Shown: positions 37,801 to 52,623, counted from the first letter of the whole stretch. The stretch is 63,638 nucleotides of DNA, filler included, from Piedraia hortae CBS 480.64 (GCA_010093745.1; 5 parts of 5 records of this genome joined end to end with filler, not necessarily neighbours in it); one strand, 5' to 3'. The notes: generated by a model from the sequence alone, not told the origin. Made by a program: numbers and translations.

Positions 37801-39500
37801 TCCCCTGGCCAGTCATCCTCGAGCTCGTCATAGCTGGACTCCTTCCTGCTTTGCTCTCGAAGCCTTCTCAGTTCATCGTGACAGAACAACCTCAAGTCAT
37901 CCTCGATAGTACTCGATTGCCAGTGCTCAAGCCTCTCGTGCTGAAGATCCTTGCGCCCCATCTCGCCGAGCGCATCCCCGACCTTGTTGCCAGACCGGCT
38001 CGTCAAGAAAACTCTTAGATTCATGGAGCTTTGTGCACGAAGACTCGGCCAAAGAGTCATGGCATGGCCTATCGCTCCCCAGTCCTCGCACTCGTCCAGA
38101 GCATCGATGACAATCGCCCTAATATATGTCGCGGAACCCGTCCTATACCCTGAAAGCGGCCCTTTGATAAGCGTGTCGAACTGAGTTGTCAGCGGCCTTA
38201 CATTCACCGGAGGGGAGTCTTTGGAGGCGGCAGCAATCTCGTAGCTGATGATGGGTACGAAGTCTGCCATTTGACGGGCAATGGTGGGAAACAGAATGCA
38301 AGCGCGGCCCAACTCACCATGGCCACGCTTGAAGAAGAAGCTTCCCACCAGGTACCCTTGCTTCGCCAGTTCATCGGCAACGGTTAGAGCAATTGTGGAC
38401 TTGCCCGTTCCGGCCTTTCCAGACAGCCAGAAAACTCTCTGATCATTGACTGTGGTCGCCCAGTCCAGGATCTTCTGTCTGATCTGCACCCGGGTACCGA
38501 CCAGACATAGCCGCAGCTCGCCAATGTCGTCGGCATTAAGATAGTCGATAGAGTTGTAAGTGGCCTCGGCAACTGCCTGCAGAGCACTAAGATCTAGCGT
38601 TTGCTGAACGCCCTTGATTCTCTCACTGACTTCCTCTTGAGCCTTCCCCAACTCCTAAAGCTTTTCATTGACCCATGCCCGCTGCTCCTCTGAGACCTCG
38701 CGATCGACAGTTCTTGCATGATGTTCAACCGTCTTCAGCATCCCATTGTGATCGGTTTCGAAACTTGGTATGGCCACACCAGTGAGAGAATGTACAACAC
38801 GTTCCCACCGCTTCATCTCGCAAGCGTTTCGGGCGTGCGCGACGAACTTCAAAATGAGGGCATACAGTTTTACCATGTTGTGATACAATTTCCCAATCGT
38901 TGGCGTGCCATTAAGGCGGCCGTATATGTCAAAGTATATGTTTAGGATGTAGCTGGTGCCTAGAGCGGTTTCGATGCCCTTTAGGATCAATTCACTTTGC
39001 TCATGAGTTTTCTGGGTCACCTAGACAAGTAGTGCTATTCAGGGTCGCAGTTGCACAGCATTGCTGCTTACCATCAAGAGAGAGCGGATGCCGGCCCACG
39101 GTAGACTAAGCACGTCCGCTTGGGCATTAGTCGCCACATCAAATACCGGCGCAAATTGCATGATTTGACAGGCGATCTTCCTCATGTTCGCAATCCATTG
39201 ATTGGACCTTTTTGTTTGATTCTGCCCTCTCAAGGTTGGGACTCTGGCCGCGTCCCTCTCGATGTTACTGTTGGACCCCAGTTGATTTTGAACGAACTGA
39301 CGATGTTCTGCGGGAAGCTTTTCTATGGCATCGCGTAGTAACTTGCCCTTTTCTTCAAATGGGTTTCGTGTTATTAGCACTAGAGCTGAAGTCGGGACGG
39401 GCACATTGTGCTGCTGCACGGGCTGGGGAGACTGTACAGTGGAAGCTTGCTGACGTGATATATGCGACTTTCCCTTCACTTTCAAGCGTCCATCCCACTT
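34883..39500 (-). pseudogene. NACHT-WD40 NLR (HET-E/HNWD-like architecture with NACHT N-terminal helical domain), pseudogenised
   Basis: N-term SLPWAGIR; Walker A WLSGKAGTGKST; Walker B IVIDALDEC; HESLRDFL; YACRYW; WD40s; in-frame TAG at 38655 and 37071; several frameshifts in the WD region. Start approximate. Confidence 0.92.
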
Positions 39501-39818
39501 CGACACGCTGTACACAATGAAATGTGGTGAGAAAAGCAAACTGGAGGAGGTGCCGGCTGGCTCAAGGCTGAGGTCAGATGAGGCGGGGTTAGAGTGGCGT
39601 GAATGCATCAATCACCCGATGACGTGCAAGTGATTGGAGCGGATGCCGTTCGCCGCCGAGACTCGCGCACAAGAGTACCCTAAATGAACTACCCAGGGAG
39701 GTATAATACCAATCCCTGGCCAAAAGCCCAACAGCTTTCAGGATCCTGGCCAGGGCTTTTGGTGGGATTTTATAGAATGACAGCGTTGTATAACGTCAGC
39801 GGGAGCGGCGTCACCCCA

Positions 39819-39913
39819 TATTATAATTGTGAGCAGATGTGTACCTGCATACAAATCTCTACGGAAAACTAGTTGACGCGTGAAGTCGAGAGCCGAGCGA
39901 CGGTTACTAATAA
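39819..39913 (-). mobile_element. LTR family A, partial (runs into gap)
   Basis: Reverse complement of the last 95 nt of LTR A. Confidence 0.95.
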
Positions 39914-40013
39914 NNNNNNNNNNNNNNNNNNNNNNNNNNNNNNNNNNNNNNNNNNNNTTAATTAATTAANNNNNNNNNNNNNNNNNNNNNNNNNNNNNNN
40001 NNNNNNNNNNNNN
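39914..40013. other. Artificial contig spacer
   Basis: 100 nt of N containing TTAATTAATTAA. Confidence 0.99.
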
Positions 40014-40072
40014 GTCAACTAGTTTTCCGTAGAGATTTGTATGCAGGTACACATCTGCTCACAATTATAATA
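40014..40072 (+). mobile_element. LTR family A, 3' 59 nt
   Basis: Same sequence and same break point as 1-59. Confidence 0.95.
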
Positions 40073-40279
40073 ATTTGCCAGTCTCTATAGTATGTAGGCG
40101 TCCCGTCGCCTCACCTGCGAAGTAGACACTTCCAAGGACAAGTTTCTCAACACTAACTACGAGGCGGTGGCCCCGGGGCATGATGCTTGTCGGTGCCTCC
40201 GGCCTGTTGAGGCTCGTTTGTCGTGTAAACGACATTGCCGAACTGGTTAGATTAGTCGCTCCCTTGTTTATAGTTGGCC

Positions 40280-41900
40280 CCCGCCAGGTTGGGCGGTCGT
40301 CGCGCTGCGGATATCCATCGCTGGTTCCTGTGCACTCTCACAACAACACTCCAACACTGTCCATAGTTCCTCTCTCAGGTACAACACAGTTGCAAGACCA
40401 ACAGTATGTCCAGCCCAGTTCCCCCGTAACACCAACACAAGATCCAACGCGTGGCCTGGAAGTCGTGGCGGTGCGAGAGGCCGAGGGAAAGGTCGCGGAG
40501 GCAAGAGACCACTGGTCGAAGAAGCCCAATCTGTGCCAAACCTCAAGCGCGTACGCATCACAGCCGAAAGGTATGATCAATCACTTATTGAGAGCTATGT
40601 ACGCCTCTAATCTGATACCACATCTGGTTAGGCCAACTGCCAATACTCACGACTCTTATGAGGTTTTGATTATGTTGATGGCGAGGTTGACAAGGATTAC
40701 GAGGACAACGACCACTCTGTTGATGAGGATCTTGTTGATGATGAGATACGCGACGATCTTGGTCACATTGGCAATGCCAATCATGTAGATTTTGTTGAGG
40801 ATGTCGAAGATGATGATAACCTCACCGAGATGAGAGCCAGCATTGCTCCTTCGGTTACCCACCCGACTCCCCTACCAAAGTCCGTTTCCATTGTCCTCCC
40901 GCAAAGCGGGCTGAAAGCGGTGGACCCAGCATCTTGCGGGCACAACATCAGCGTCGGGTTACGGCTCCCTTGGGCTTGTCAGCGCCTCGCGCGCCTCCCG
41001 CCGGTACCCCGGTGCCCTCAATGAGTGATGATCCACTCGGCATCGCTGGCAGTTTGTCGCAGACGGCCCGTGTGCGCCCTTCGCGGCCGACTATGATCAC
41101 TGCAGATGCAGTAAGCTGAGTCAGGGCAGCTGATCTTAGCAGCCCCTTTCTCTTGGAGGATGTGGTTGAGGTACGTATGCAATTCCGGGCTTGAGCGACC
41201 AAATCAGGGTAAGATCTCTCAAGGCGCTGCCCAACGTGGCCCTAGGGGTTGCGATTAAATACATCGGCAAGCTCGTCACGATGAATAAAGAATTGCATAT
41301 CCGCCTCCAGGCCCTTGAAGCTTGGGTAAACGAAATGCACAAAACGAAAGCGGCCGAGGGAGTGAGTCAAGGCCTGCATTTTCAATGCGATTAGGGACCA
41401 GGCTAATTCTACCTTAGGGGATTTGCGCTGCAATGCGGCAGCTGCTCTTCTGGAAGCACGCTAGGGGTGCGTTGTGGGGCGACAATTCTGCCGTCGCGGT
41501 AGGAGCTTCAGCACAACCTTCTTTCTAGCATCAGGATCGTTCTAATGGAATTTCTAGGCCGAGTTGCGCTCCCGGGGTGTTATGGAAAAGGCCCCTACAC
41601 AGTCCGTCCTCACCGAGATCTCGCAGATCAAGTCTGATCTGCGCCAAAACCTGCGAAAGCGGTTAAGAGACGTCCATGAAGAGACACTGCTTTACAGCGT
41701 GTTCACCACACTCCATCTTCAGCCCGTCCCTCTCGCCTTTAACGTCTCCGAGGAGCAGGCAAAGGCTGCTTCGCTATAAGTAAGTTAACTTATACATGTT
41801 CCAATACAATGCTAATCATCCTGACTTCTACGTTGCAGAAGTGGAAGGTGTCGCAATGCTTCGCCAGTCGAGCCGACTTTCTGAAGCAATGGGACCTAAA
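40280..41900 (+). pseudogene. Degraded intron-containing gene of unknown type
   Basis: RGGARGRGKGRGGKRP basic tract, GTATGA...CTAAT...TAG intron-like segment near 40571-40630, D/E-rich tract; no continuous frame. Confidence 0.3.
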
Positions 41901-43853
41901 TTATCACCTCCTGTCCGCAGACGACAATTGAGTCCTTCGCGTATGAACTGCAGTCCCTGACATTATCTCTAGAAGGCTCATTTTCAAGCGAGACCTCCAG
42001 CGCCATGGATGGGAGAAGGGGAATGGTGGGCGAGGTCTCCCAGGACGGCAAGGCCCTAGCCGGGTAAACCGCCTGATCAATAACTCCTGGACCTCCAGGC
42101 AGTAGGTCGCAAGAGAACCTCGGCACAGTGTAATGTTTTTTTAGAGAGGCCAAAAGTCGTCAACATAGCACACCTGATTTCAGCCCATATAAGCTTGGTA
42201 TCAATCCAACGGAGTGCCTGGAATCAGATAGCTACAAGCACGATATCAGGGGGAAACTAAAGATACGATATTATATAGAAACAGACTTGATATTAGATAG
42301 GAATAGGCCTGAAGTCAGACCACCACAGGCCCGAAATCAGGCTAAATCTCATCTGAAATCAAGCACATATTTCACGGACACCAACCGATCACAGGGCTGA
42401 AACCAGCCAGATCTCAGATAGATTTTCGACGAATTGACAGGCTTGCAGGGGTATTGCGCGATCTAGACCTAATTTGTTTCGCGTCCAATAACTAGATTGC
42501 GAGAATACATCTACAAATGACAAAATCATACATGATATACACGACGCACGGCTTTCTGGGACAAATCGAAAGAAAACGAGATCTTTTGGCACCATACTGA
42601 TTGTAAAGAGCACTTTGAGCGCTGTAAATATGTACACGCAAGTATACAAGGTATTTGGTCAATACACACTGAAACATAGAGGATGGACTATAGACATTGA
42701 TATGAGTGGAGCTATTTGCCGTAAAATGCTTTGCGCATCATAAGGATTGCACAGACAATTTGCAATTCGAAAGCATGAGGAACCCATCTATGATTGAGTT
42801 CGTCGCAAAATTCGCCTCTCTTCTGTCGAGGTGATATTGACGTATCATTCCATTAGTATCAGTTGTGGTGTGTGCATATCTTAGAACACCCATGCTGTAC
42901 GCAGTCGTCGATCGATGGTAGGTACTGCAAGCTTTAAGCGATGCTCAAGATTTGAGTACTGGTTCGACATTTGGCAGAGAAGCAAGGCACACCGGAATCC
43001 TGAGTCCCGAATGGGGAGCGCAAACCTGCTCACATCGTTGAACGCTCGTACCTGAGTGCCGAGATTCCAATCTAGCCAAATGACAGCGATTTGATGAAGC
43101 AGACAGTTGGTGAGCCCTGTGTCATGATCTTCCTGTTCCTATCCTTGGCGGGTATGGACCCATGGTATAATACAACTTATGAGCATGCGTTGAAAGTGAG
43201 AATCTTCCGATTCTACCCTGATCAGCCATGGATCTCGTCAAGAATATAAAATACAATGCTTACGTTATCGAGACCATCCATGCATGGCTCCCACTTGGTC
43301 GAAGTTGGGCGTTTTGCCGACGGTATTTGCAGCACTTTGGTCGACGAGTTTTCTTGGTTGTTGAATGATGCGTCACGAAGAGATTTGCCAATAACAGCTG
43401 TCAACCCACATGGTTGGATACGCTTCTCTTGATGAGGTCTAGATGACGTTTTGGCACTTCCAACATCAGAAGTTGCCCTCAACGATCTTTTTCATTCATA
43501 ACACGCGCCAACAAGAACTCTGCAAACGCAACCAACCTAAGACCTCGCAAATTGTTTAGGAACTCCATAGGATACGTGAACTCGGATTAGAACATCCCAT
43601 TGAATTCGATCGCCTGAGAGCGCGTACCATTAAACACCATCCGCACGTAAAGACAACACCACAAGGAATCTCCCAGCAGCGCATCTCGCCTCAACTACCG
43701 ATCCACGCACCGCAGCTCAAAAAGTGAGGGGTACATACATGTGGTCCACATGTGCGACGTAGCAGTGATACAATGAAGTCATGCGGTCTAGAAGACTACC
43801 GGTCATCAATTTGACCCTCGACCTTCACGATACGCATAATCCCCCAACTCAAC

Positions 43854-44914
43854 ATGCGTCCTCACTCGCTCCTCCTACGCTCCCTAAGCCACAAACGCAC
43901 CCCACCAACCCAGGGATTCAACCCACGTCCACTCTACCAAGCCAAAGCCCCAACTCACCCTGTCCAGTCTGGGATAAACGACCCCCACCGCGATGCTCAT
44001 CGCTCCAACTCTTCTATTCTACGAGCTCTCCCACCAATCCTGTCCAAATTCACGCTAGTGGGAAAACATGCAGTGGTAACCGGCGGGGCACGAGGACTAG
44101 GGTATAGCATCAGTCAGGCGTTTTGCGAAGCGGGATGTGAGAGAATAACATTGTTCGATGTACAGGCTTCGCTTGGGAGGGAGGCGGCGCGGAGGTTAGG
44201 TGATGATACGGGTGTGAAGGCCGAGTTTTTCGCAGTGGATGTTAGGGATGAAGAAGCTGTGTGTGAGGTGGTTGGAGCGTTGGAGAGGGTGGATGTTCTG
44301 GTAAATTGTGCGGGGGTTGCTGAGTAGGTTTCTCATCATTCTCATCTCGCAAGGAATTTCCTCTCTTCTTTCTCCCTTAGGACTTAACTAATGAAGATAC
44401 TCACAGCTCAAACATCAAAGCGGAATCCTACCCCATCCCTACCTTCCGCAACCTCATCGACATAAACCTCACGGGAACGTTCATCGTCTCGCAAGCTGTG
44501 GGTCGGCGGATGATAGCCAGTTCCACCAAGAACTCCCCCACGGCAGTCTCCCCAGCCCGCAGCTCAATAATCAACCTCTCATCCATCGCGGGCTCCATCG
44601 TATGCCACCCGCAGGAACAAAGCGCATATAATGCTTCCAAAGCCGGCGTACGACATCTCAGCAAGTCCCTCGCCACGGAATGGGCCAAATACGGGATCAG
44701 AGTGAATTGTATCGCGCCAGGGTATATGGATACCGCGCTGAATAGGGTTCCTGAGTTGGATGCGTTGAAGGATAGCTGGAGGGAGGGGATTCCGATGCGG
44801 AGACTGGGACAAGTTGATGAGATTGATGGGGTGGCAGTGTTTTTGGCGAGTGAGGCCTCGAACTATGTCACAGGGGAGTGTGTTACTGTTGATGGGGGGT
44901 TTACGTTGTGGTGA
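43854..44914 (+). CDS. Short-chain dehydrogenase/reductase (D-arabinitol/mannitol/sorbose reductase-like), 1 intron
   Basis: TGGARGLG, NCAG, SSIAG, YNASK, RVNCIAPGYMDT, VDGG. Confidence 0.92.
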
Positions 44915-46655
44915 GGATGAGGGCTTTTGCGGGTGGTGAGTGGAGGGATGGGATGGGAGAGAGGGGATTTGAGGGCATGTGATGTGTGAGGTATTTAGTA
45001 GGGGACTCGATGATGATTCGGATTTGAAACTATTAAATAGAACGGATTTCTATCATATATATGTCAATTTCATCGTCATCGTTGATATCTTTCTCACGAA
45101 CCTCTCAATGCAACTGCTTCCGAGCCTCAATATGTATCATCGACGAACTCGTTAATAAGACGGGCTTCGTTAAATATTGAGACCAGCTTGAGCCCTCGGG
45201 TCTTAGCGATCACGGAAGATTGGATTCTGTACGACGAGTGTAAAAGATCCTCAGAACCTTGCAATCAAATTTGCCCACACAAAACAGAACCTGGGTGCTG
45301 TGAGGCCTTGCAGTTAATGAACGGCCCGAGCGCGAATAGGCGAGTGTGGATTCGTCACATCGTAACCCATTTGGTGGCGTTGCAAGTGATTGGCTCAAGT
45401 TTTGGGTGCTTGCGTAGCTCGCCAATCTTTTTGACTGGTGTAATTTCTTATTATGCTAATCACCTTCATCTTTTGGACTGACATTCGGTTCCTCGCCTTT
45501 GGTGCAGCCAAGGCGTGAGAAAAGACGATCTATACCCGCGTTGCGCGGTTTCATATCTTGGGTTGCCAAGTTCAGACAAGGGCTGGCGCAGCTGACGACT
45601 GGGTGACCCATTCTTATAAGCTAATCCTCGTGGATGAGTTCTAAGGCTGTGGACATCAGACTCTCACTTATCATATAGCTGCAATTGTGCTGGGAAATAA
45701 ACAGTCGCATGAGCTCCTCTGAAGGGAAAGGTATTCAGGGGTTGCTCTAACCGTGGGTCTAAACTGAAGCTCTCTTCCATGGTCCCTCCGATTGTGATAG
45801 TATTAATCTTACCAACTTCTGCTGTCTACCTGGATGCACCCTCAACGTCTCAGGGGCCACAAATGTGGAGGAAGGAGGGTATTTCGTTCCATAGTCGCTT
45901 CCACTTCCATGCGGTGAACAGGCCTATAGTGCATTAAAACTTCTCAGAGGTCGAGAGTTGTTCGGAACAATGATAACCATTCGATGTAAGGTGTTGTTGA
46001 TTTCTGCTCGTCGTCTATGCTTGTACCACGATAGCCATTTCCACGCTCACTGTATTGCCAGGGAGGCGGTACAGTGGACGATGTTAGCACATCGGGACTT
46101 CCCTTAGGTGACCGTAGTGATTTAACAAATACAGAGATTCGTGCCTAGTTCATACATGTCAAGGTTCGGTGCAATCTTACTCAAGTGCTTGTTCCGCGAC
46201 CACCATATATCTTGATGTAGAAACATGTAGGACTGGTGATCCTACTGTGACTCGGAGATGTCATTCAACAGTCGTGGTGTATCCCACTCAGTTGAATATA
46301 TATGCTGCCCTTGTGTATGAAGACCAGTTTCCCAGTAATTGAATATGGTCGAATGTCGACCAATTCCTCTCAGAGGACCCCGAGGTTGGTGCAATTCAAA
46401 GCAATTCCTGTGTTGTAACAATGCATTTCCCACTATAGTCCGGTAACGTCCGTCTAGCAAAGGCCACCAACTTTCCCAGAGTGAGTCCCAGGCTGTGAAA
46501 TGCGAATTTTCAAACCCAGAGTGCGTCACACTAAACCTGATTCATGACGGCCCGACCCGCCCGCCCGGCCCTAGCGCGGCCCAACTTGTCCTAGCTCCTA
46601 GCGCAATCGCATCGCGAACAACTTCCACCTTACGCCGCACCGTTTACAACCCGCC

Positions 46656-49499
46656 ATGAGCGACCAATACGATGAATTCGGCAACTACATCGGCGACGAT
46701 GCCTCCAACACGTCTGACCCCATCGAAGTTGACGCCGCTACCTCCACCGCCATAATCCTCCACGAAGATAAGCAATACTACCCCTCCGTATCCGAGATCT
46801 ACGGCCCAGATGTCGAGACTCTGGTACAAGACGAAGACACACAGCCGCTTACACAGCCCATAATAGCGCCGATTGAGGCTAAAAGGTTTACGGTCGAAGA
46901 GGAGAAGTTGCCCCCAACGACGTTCGGTCGGGGCTTTCTTAATGATTTAATGGGGTATCCGGAACAGGTGCGGAATGTGGCGATTTGTGGACATTTGCAT
47001 CATGGGAAGACGACGTTAGTGGATGTGTTGGTGGAGCAGACGCATGATTTGACGGAGTGGTTGGATAAGAGGAAGGGCAAGGAGAAGGGGGAGCCGTTGA
47101 GGTATACGGATACGCGTCTCCTGGAGGGGCAGAGAGGGCTGAGTATAAAGGCGAGTCCTATGGGTTTGGTCTTGCCGGATGGGAAGGGAAAGAGTTTTGT
47201 TGTGAATCTGATCGATACACCGGGACATGTAAATTTTGCGGATGAGGTGGCGGCGAGTATGAGGCTCGTGGATGGGGTGGTGTTGGTTGTGGATGTTGTG
47301 GAAGGAGTGCGGCCAATGACGGAGCTGGTTATCAAGAGAGCAGTGTTGACGGGCCAACCAATGGTGTTGGTCGTGAATAAGATTGACAGACTTATTCTCG
47401 AGCTGAGGCTTCCGCCTACAGAGGCGTACTTTAAGCTAAAGCATGTTATGGAGGAGGTCAACTCGTGTATCGAGGAGGCGCTCCCAGGTCAGGGCGAGAA
47501 GTTCCGGCTGAGTCCCGAGAGGGGAAATGTCGCTTTCGCGTGCGGCTCCATGGGCTGGTGCATGACCCTTCGCAGCTTTGCAAACATGTATGCTGAGAGC
47601 TATCCGACCCTGGATTCGAATGAGTTCAGTCGAAGGCTCTGGGGAGACGTCTTCTTCAACCCAGGGAAGCGAACGTTTACAAGAAAGGGAGTGGAGCCGA
47701 GCTCGAAAAGGAGCTTTGTTTACTTTGCCTTGGACCCTATTTACAAGCTGTACTCGCATACGCTCAGCGATAGTCCTGAAGACTGCCGGAAAATGCTTAG
47801 TGAGCTGGGCATCTCGTTGAAGCTGTCGCAGATCAGAGTGGGTGGAAAGGTACTTCTGAAACAAGTCTGTGGGCTGTTCTTTGGCCCAGCAACAGGACTT
47901 GTTGATATGCTTGTGCAGCATATACCGTCACCAGCGGGGGGAGCGAAGCGGATGTTAGAGCAGTTCTACACTGGGCCGAGCAACGAGGCGATGCAGTCCT
48001 GCAATTCTAAAGGTCCGCTAGTAATACATGTTACTAAGCTATTTCCGACCTCTGATGCAGAGAGCTTCAACGCCTTCGGTCGCGTCATGTCTGGTACTGC
48101 ACGGCCAGGCCAAATTGTCCAAGTCCTGGGGGAAAACTACAGCAGCGAGGATGAAGAAGACATGGCTACAGCCACAATCTCAGACGTGTGGATTTGCGAA
48201 AGCAGGTACAATGTACCTACTTCAGGTATACCCGCTGGGAACCTAGTTCTCCTCGGTGGTATCGACAATACCATTCTCCAAACAGCAACGGTAATATCGC
48301 CTCCACCGGAAGGGGAGGAGAGATATATTTTCAAACCGATAAGACATTTTTTCGACAGCGTGGTCAAAGTAGCAGTGGAGCCAGAGAACCCATCAGAACT
48401 CCCCAAAATGCTGTCTGGCCTACGCAAGATCAATAAATCCTATCCTCTAGTGTCAACACAAGTAGAGGAAAGCGGCGAACACATTATCCTTGGGACCGGC
48501 GAGCTGTACATGGACTGTGTGCTACACGACCTGCGAGAGCTCTATGCGCAGACGCAGATCAAAGTATCCGATCCGCTGGTTAGGTTCTGCGAAACGTGCA
48601 TCGACCAGAGCGCACTGAAATGCTTTGCAAAGTCCCCCAACAAGCACAACACACTAACCTTCGTAGCGGAGCCGCTCGACAGCGGTATTGCAGAGGACAT
48701 TGAACAAGGCAAAGTCAAAATCACAGACCCCGTCAAGGTTGTCGCGAAATACTTCCAAGATAACTACCAATGGGATCTGCTAGCCAGCAGAAACATTTGG
48801 GCATTCTCCGAAACATCACCAAACATCCTACAAAACGACACCCTCCCCTCCGCCACAGACACAAAACTACTAAACACAGTAAAGGGCAGCATCAAAGCAG
48901 GCTTCACGTGGGCCACGCGCGAGGGTCCCTTATGCGAGGAACCCCTTCGAAACGCAAGGTTCAAACTCACCGACATCGTCCTCCATGCTGATAACGCCAT
49001 ATTAAGAGGCGGAGGACAGATCATCCCAACAGCTAGAAGAGCAATTTGGTCTTCCTTTCTCACCGCCACGCCTCGCCTAATGGAGCCACTCTACAAGATT
49101 TCTGTCCTTGGGGCGGAGTCATGCGTAGCTGCTCTACACAATGTCCTCACCAAGAGAAGGGGCCACGTACTCACCACGTGGCCCGTGCCGGGCACACCGC
49201 TGACATCTGTCACGGGGTTGATCCCTGTCATCGACTCATTTGGGTTCGAGACGGACGTCAGGATCGCGACAAAAGGCGAGGCTAGCGTTAGTCTCGTGTT
49301 CGACCATTGGGGTATTGTACCTGGCAACCCGCTAGATCCGAACACGACGAGGCCGTTGGAGGTGGCTCGGGGCGTGCAGACAGCCGCGGATTTTGTGAGT
49401 AAGACAAGGAGACGGAAGGGAATCACGGTGGAGGTGGGAGTCAAGAGTTATATGGATCCGCAGTTAATCAGTCGGCTTGAGGAATCGGGGATTTTGTAA
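46656..49499 (+). CDS. SNU114: U5 snRNP GTPase Snu114/EFTUD2
   Basis: YDEFGNYIG, LHEDKQYYP, GHLHHGKT, DTPGHVNF, NKID, KTRRRKG; intronless 947-aa ORF. Confidence 0.97.
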   Translation: MSDQYDEFGNYIGDDASNTSDPIEVDAATSTAIILHEDKQYYPSVSEIYGPDVETLVQDEDTQPLTQPIIAPIEAKRFTVEEEKLPPTTFGRGFLNDLMGYPEQVRNVAICGHLHHGKTTLVDVLVEQTHDLTEWLDKRKGKEKGEPLRYTDTRLLEGQRGLSIKASPMGLVLPDGKGKSFVVNLIDTPGHVNFADEVAASMRLVDGVVLVVDVVEGVRPMTELVIKRAVLTGQPMVLVVNKIDRLILELRLPPTEAYFKLKHVMEEVNSCIEEALPGQGEKFRLSPERGNVAFACGSMGWCMTLRSFANMYAESYPTLDSNEFSRRLWGDVFFNPGKRTFTRKGVEPSSKRSFVYFALDPIYKLYSHTLSDSPEDCRKMLSELGISLKLSQIRVGGKVLLKQVCGLFFGPATGLVDMLVQHIPSPAGGAKRMLEQFYTGPSNEAMQSCNSKGPLVIHVTKLFPTSDAESFNAFGRVMSGTARPGQIVQVLGENYSSEDEEDMATATISDVWICESRYNVPTSGIPAGNLVLLGGIDNTILQTATVISPPPEGEERYIFKPIRHFFDSVVKVAVEPENPSELPKMLSGLRKINKSYPLVSTQVEESGEHIILGTGELYMDCVLHDLRELYAQTQIKVSDPLVRFCETCIDQSALKCFAKSPNKHNTLTFVAEPLDSGIAEDIEQGKVKITDPVKVVAKYFQDNYQWDLLASRNIWAFSETSPNILQNDTLPSATDTKLLNTVKGSIKAGFTWATREGPLCEEPLRNARFKLTDIVLHADNAILRGGGQIIPTARRAIWSSFLTATPRLMEPLYKISVLGAESCVAALHNVLTKRRGHVLTTWPVPGTPLTSVTGLIPVIDSFGFETDVRIATKGEASVSLVFDHWGIVPGNPLDPNTTRPLEVARGVQTAADFVSKTRRRKGITVEVGVKSYMDPQLISRLEESGIL

Positions 49500-49615
49500 T
49501 GTTTATTGTGTACGGAGTAGTGAATATGCTCATGCTCTTCACTTTTCCAGTGTGGTTCCTAGAGCGAGATGAAGGAAGGTACGACCGACGGGTACCTGCA
49601 CCTACCCCTCAATGA

Positions 49616-50845
<1,230 letters not shown>

Positions 50846-50859
50846 ATTCATATACCCTA

Positions 50860-52101
50860 TCAAGGCCACCAGCCCATTTTTCTATAGCTGTCAATGACGG
50901 CCTGGACCTTGTCCTTGGTGATGGTTGGGTGCTCGGGGCTGAAGGCGTTAGTGGACTTCCTGGTGATAGACATACATACCGGAAGCCAACAACTCTCTCG
51001 AACCGACTGCCATCAAGGCTCAGATCAGAGTCCCGAAGAAGTTCCTTCTCCATAAATGGACTCAGCGGGCTGCCGTTCTGGATGCCAGCATCGGTCAGCA
51101 GATCAGCCCAATCGTCCAGAGTATCGTCGTTAAGCTCATCAACAACCCGCTCTAGGTTCAGCCTCGCAAATGTATTGACGATACTGTTCTGGAAGCCAGT
51201 CTCGATATCGAATATTTCGTGCACAATTCCAGCCATTGTGCCCTGGCACGTGGCTCCGTGATCTACGACGTTGAAGATGATCTTCTGACCTTCAGCATTG
51301 GGAATTGCGTCGTTTTTCTCGCGCCATTGTGCTGCCATCCAGAGAGCACGTACGGCATCGTCAATGTGTAGAGTGTTGGTCTTGAGATCTGGGCCCCAGA
51401 GCCATTTTAACGTCTCCTTGGGCTCTCGCGATTGATACACTCTTGCCAGCGCCAGTTGCGTTCCCAGCCATCCCTTGGCTGCGTACGCACCATACACAAA
51501 TGGCAGCCTCACAATGCACAGCCGGAGTTTATCAACCTTTGCTAGGTCTTCCTCGGCAGCGAGCTTCCACTTAGCCTGCTTTGTGTGCGGCTTCCCTGTC
51601 TTGTCAGTTTCCTTTTGCGGCTGTTTGTTGGCTGAGTAGACTGCGCCCGTGCTGGCCTCGATCATGGCCTTGACGCCGCGTTTGGCTGCTTCTTTCCCAA
51701 CCGTTAGGCTGAGATCGTAACTGCGCAACTTGTAGACTTCATCCTCCTGCGAGAAGCGCGTCTCGCCACCGCAGTTAAAGACGTAGTCAAACTCACGTTT
51801 ACTACCATCTGCGTGGGGTGGCAAATCGAAAATGCGCGCCTGAGAGGTCTCGCGCGAGGCATCGGCCTGCACAAAGTTGACTGAACATGCCTCGACGTGC
51901 TCGGGTGCCAGAGAGGCCAGCTGAGGTAGCAGTTTGTCGACGATTCGTACTGTCGAGGCAAGCTGATTGGCGCATATGTAGTTTGTCAGGAAGCGGCCAA
52001 TGTAGCCTCATCTATCAGTAGGCGTACCTGACTACTCTACTCGTAAACATACCTAGCCCTCCAATGATGAGCACCGCTGGCCGAGACTCGCCGTTTTCCA
52101 T
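50860..52101 (-). CDS. NAD-dependent epimerase/dehydratase family protein (2 introns)
   Basis: VLIIGGLG|YIGR Rossmann motif across intron 52007-52052; last exon ends YRKMGWWP*. Confidence 0.85.
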
Positions 52102-52623
52102 TGTGTGTGCGCGTGGGGAAAGCTGCGGTGCTCCATCGAGCTGAGAAGCGGGGACGGCTGAAGACACACCGCTCTAAATTATCTACATATCGTATACAGG
52201 GCCACGATTCTGATGTGCATGGCACCTGCAGCCACACCATGTCTGTGCTACCTCGTGACACCTGTTCTACCTTGCTGTCGGGGCATGGGCAGCTGCCAAC
52301 TGTCAAGGTGCTAATTATGTCACGTTATCATGTATCATTACGTAATAACGACTGCCCGAACACTTCATGTCGGTTGTAACGTCGTCGTCAACCTGCCATA
52401 CATCCTGACCGTCGGTCGTCAAAACTGCAGCGACGAACGCATGTGAAAGCTGCTCCGAAGCTTCCAGAAGTGCGGCCCGGCAGATCAGCGGCCGAGTTCC
52501 CGACTGACGACCGGCAGGCTGCAGCCTGAGTGATATCATAACTTGCCCCACGACGCACGGTGTGCGTTTGTACAAAGAGTAATCGCATAGATACGCCCAT
52601 TTAATAGGATTGGCCAGCATTCC

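Noticed and set aside
39700..39775. Imperfect inverted repeat (CCAAAAGCCC/GGGCTTTTGG) as a MITE
   Set aside because: Single copy in the window and no clear TSD.
39800..39818. TGG immediately after an LTR as a primer-binding site
   Set aside because: I recognise no tRNA match, no gag follows, and the sequence leads into the NLR upstream region.
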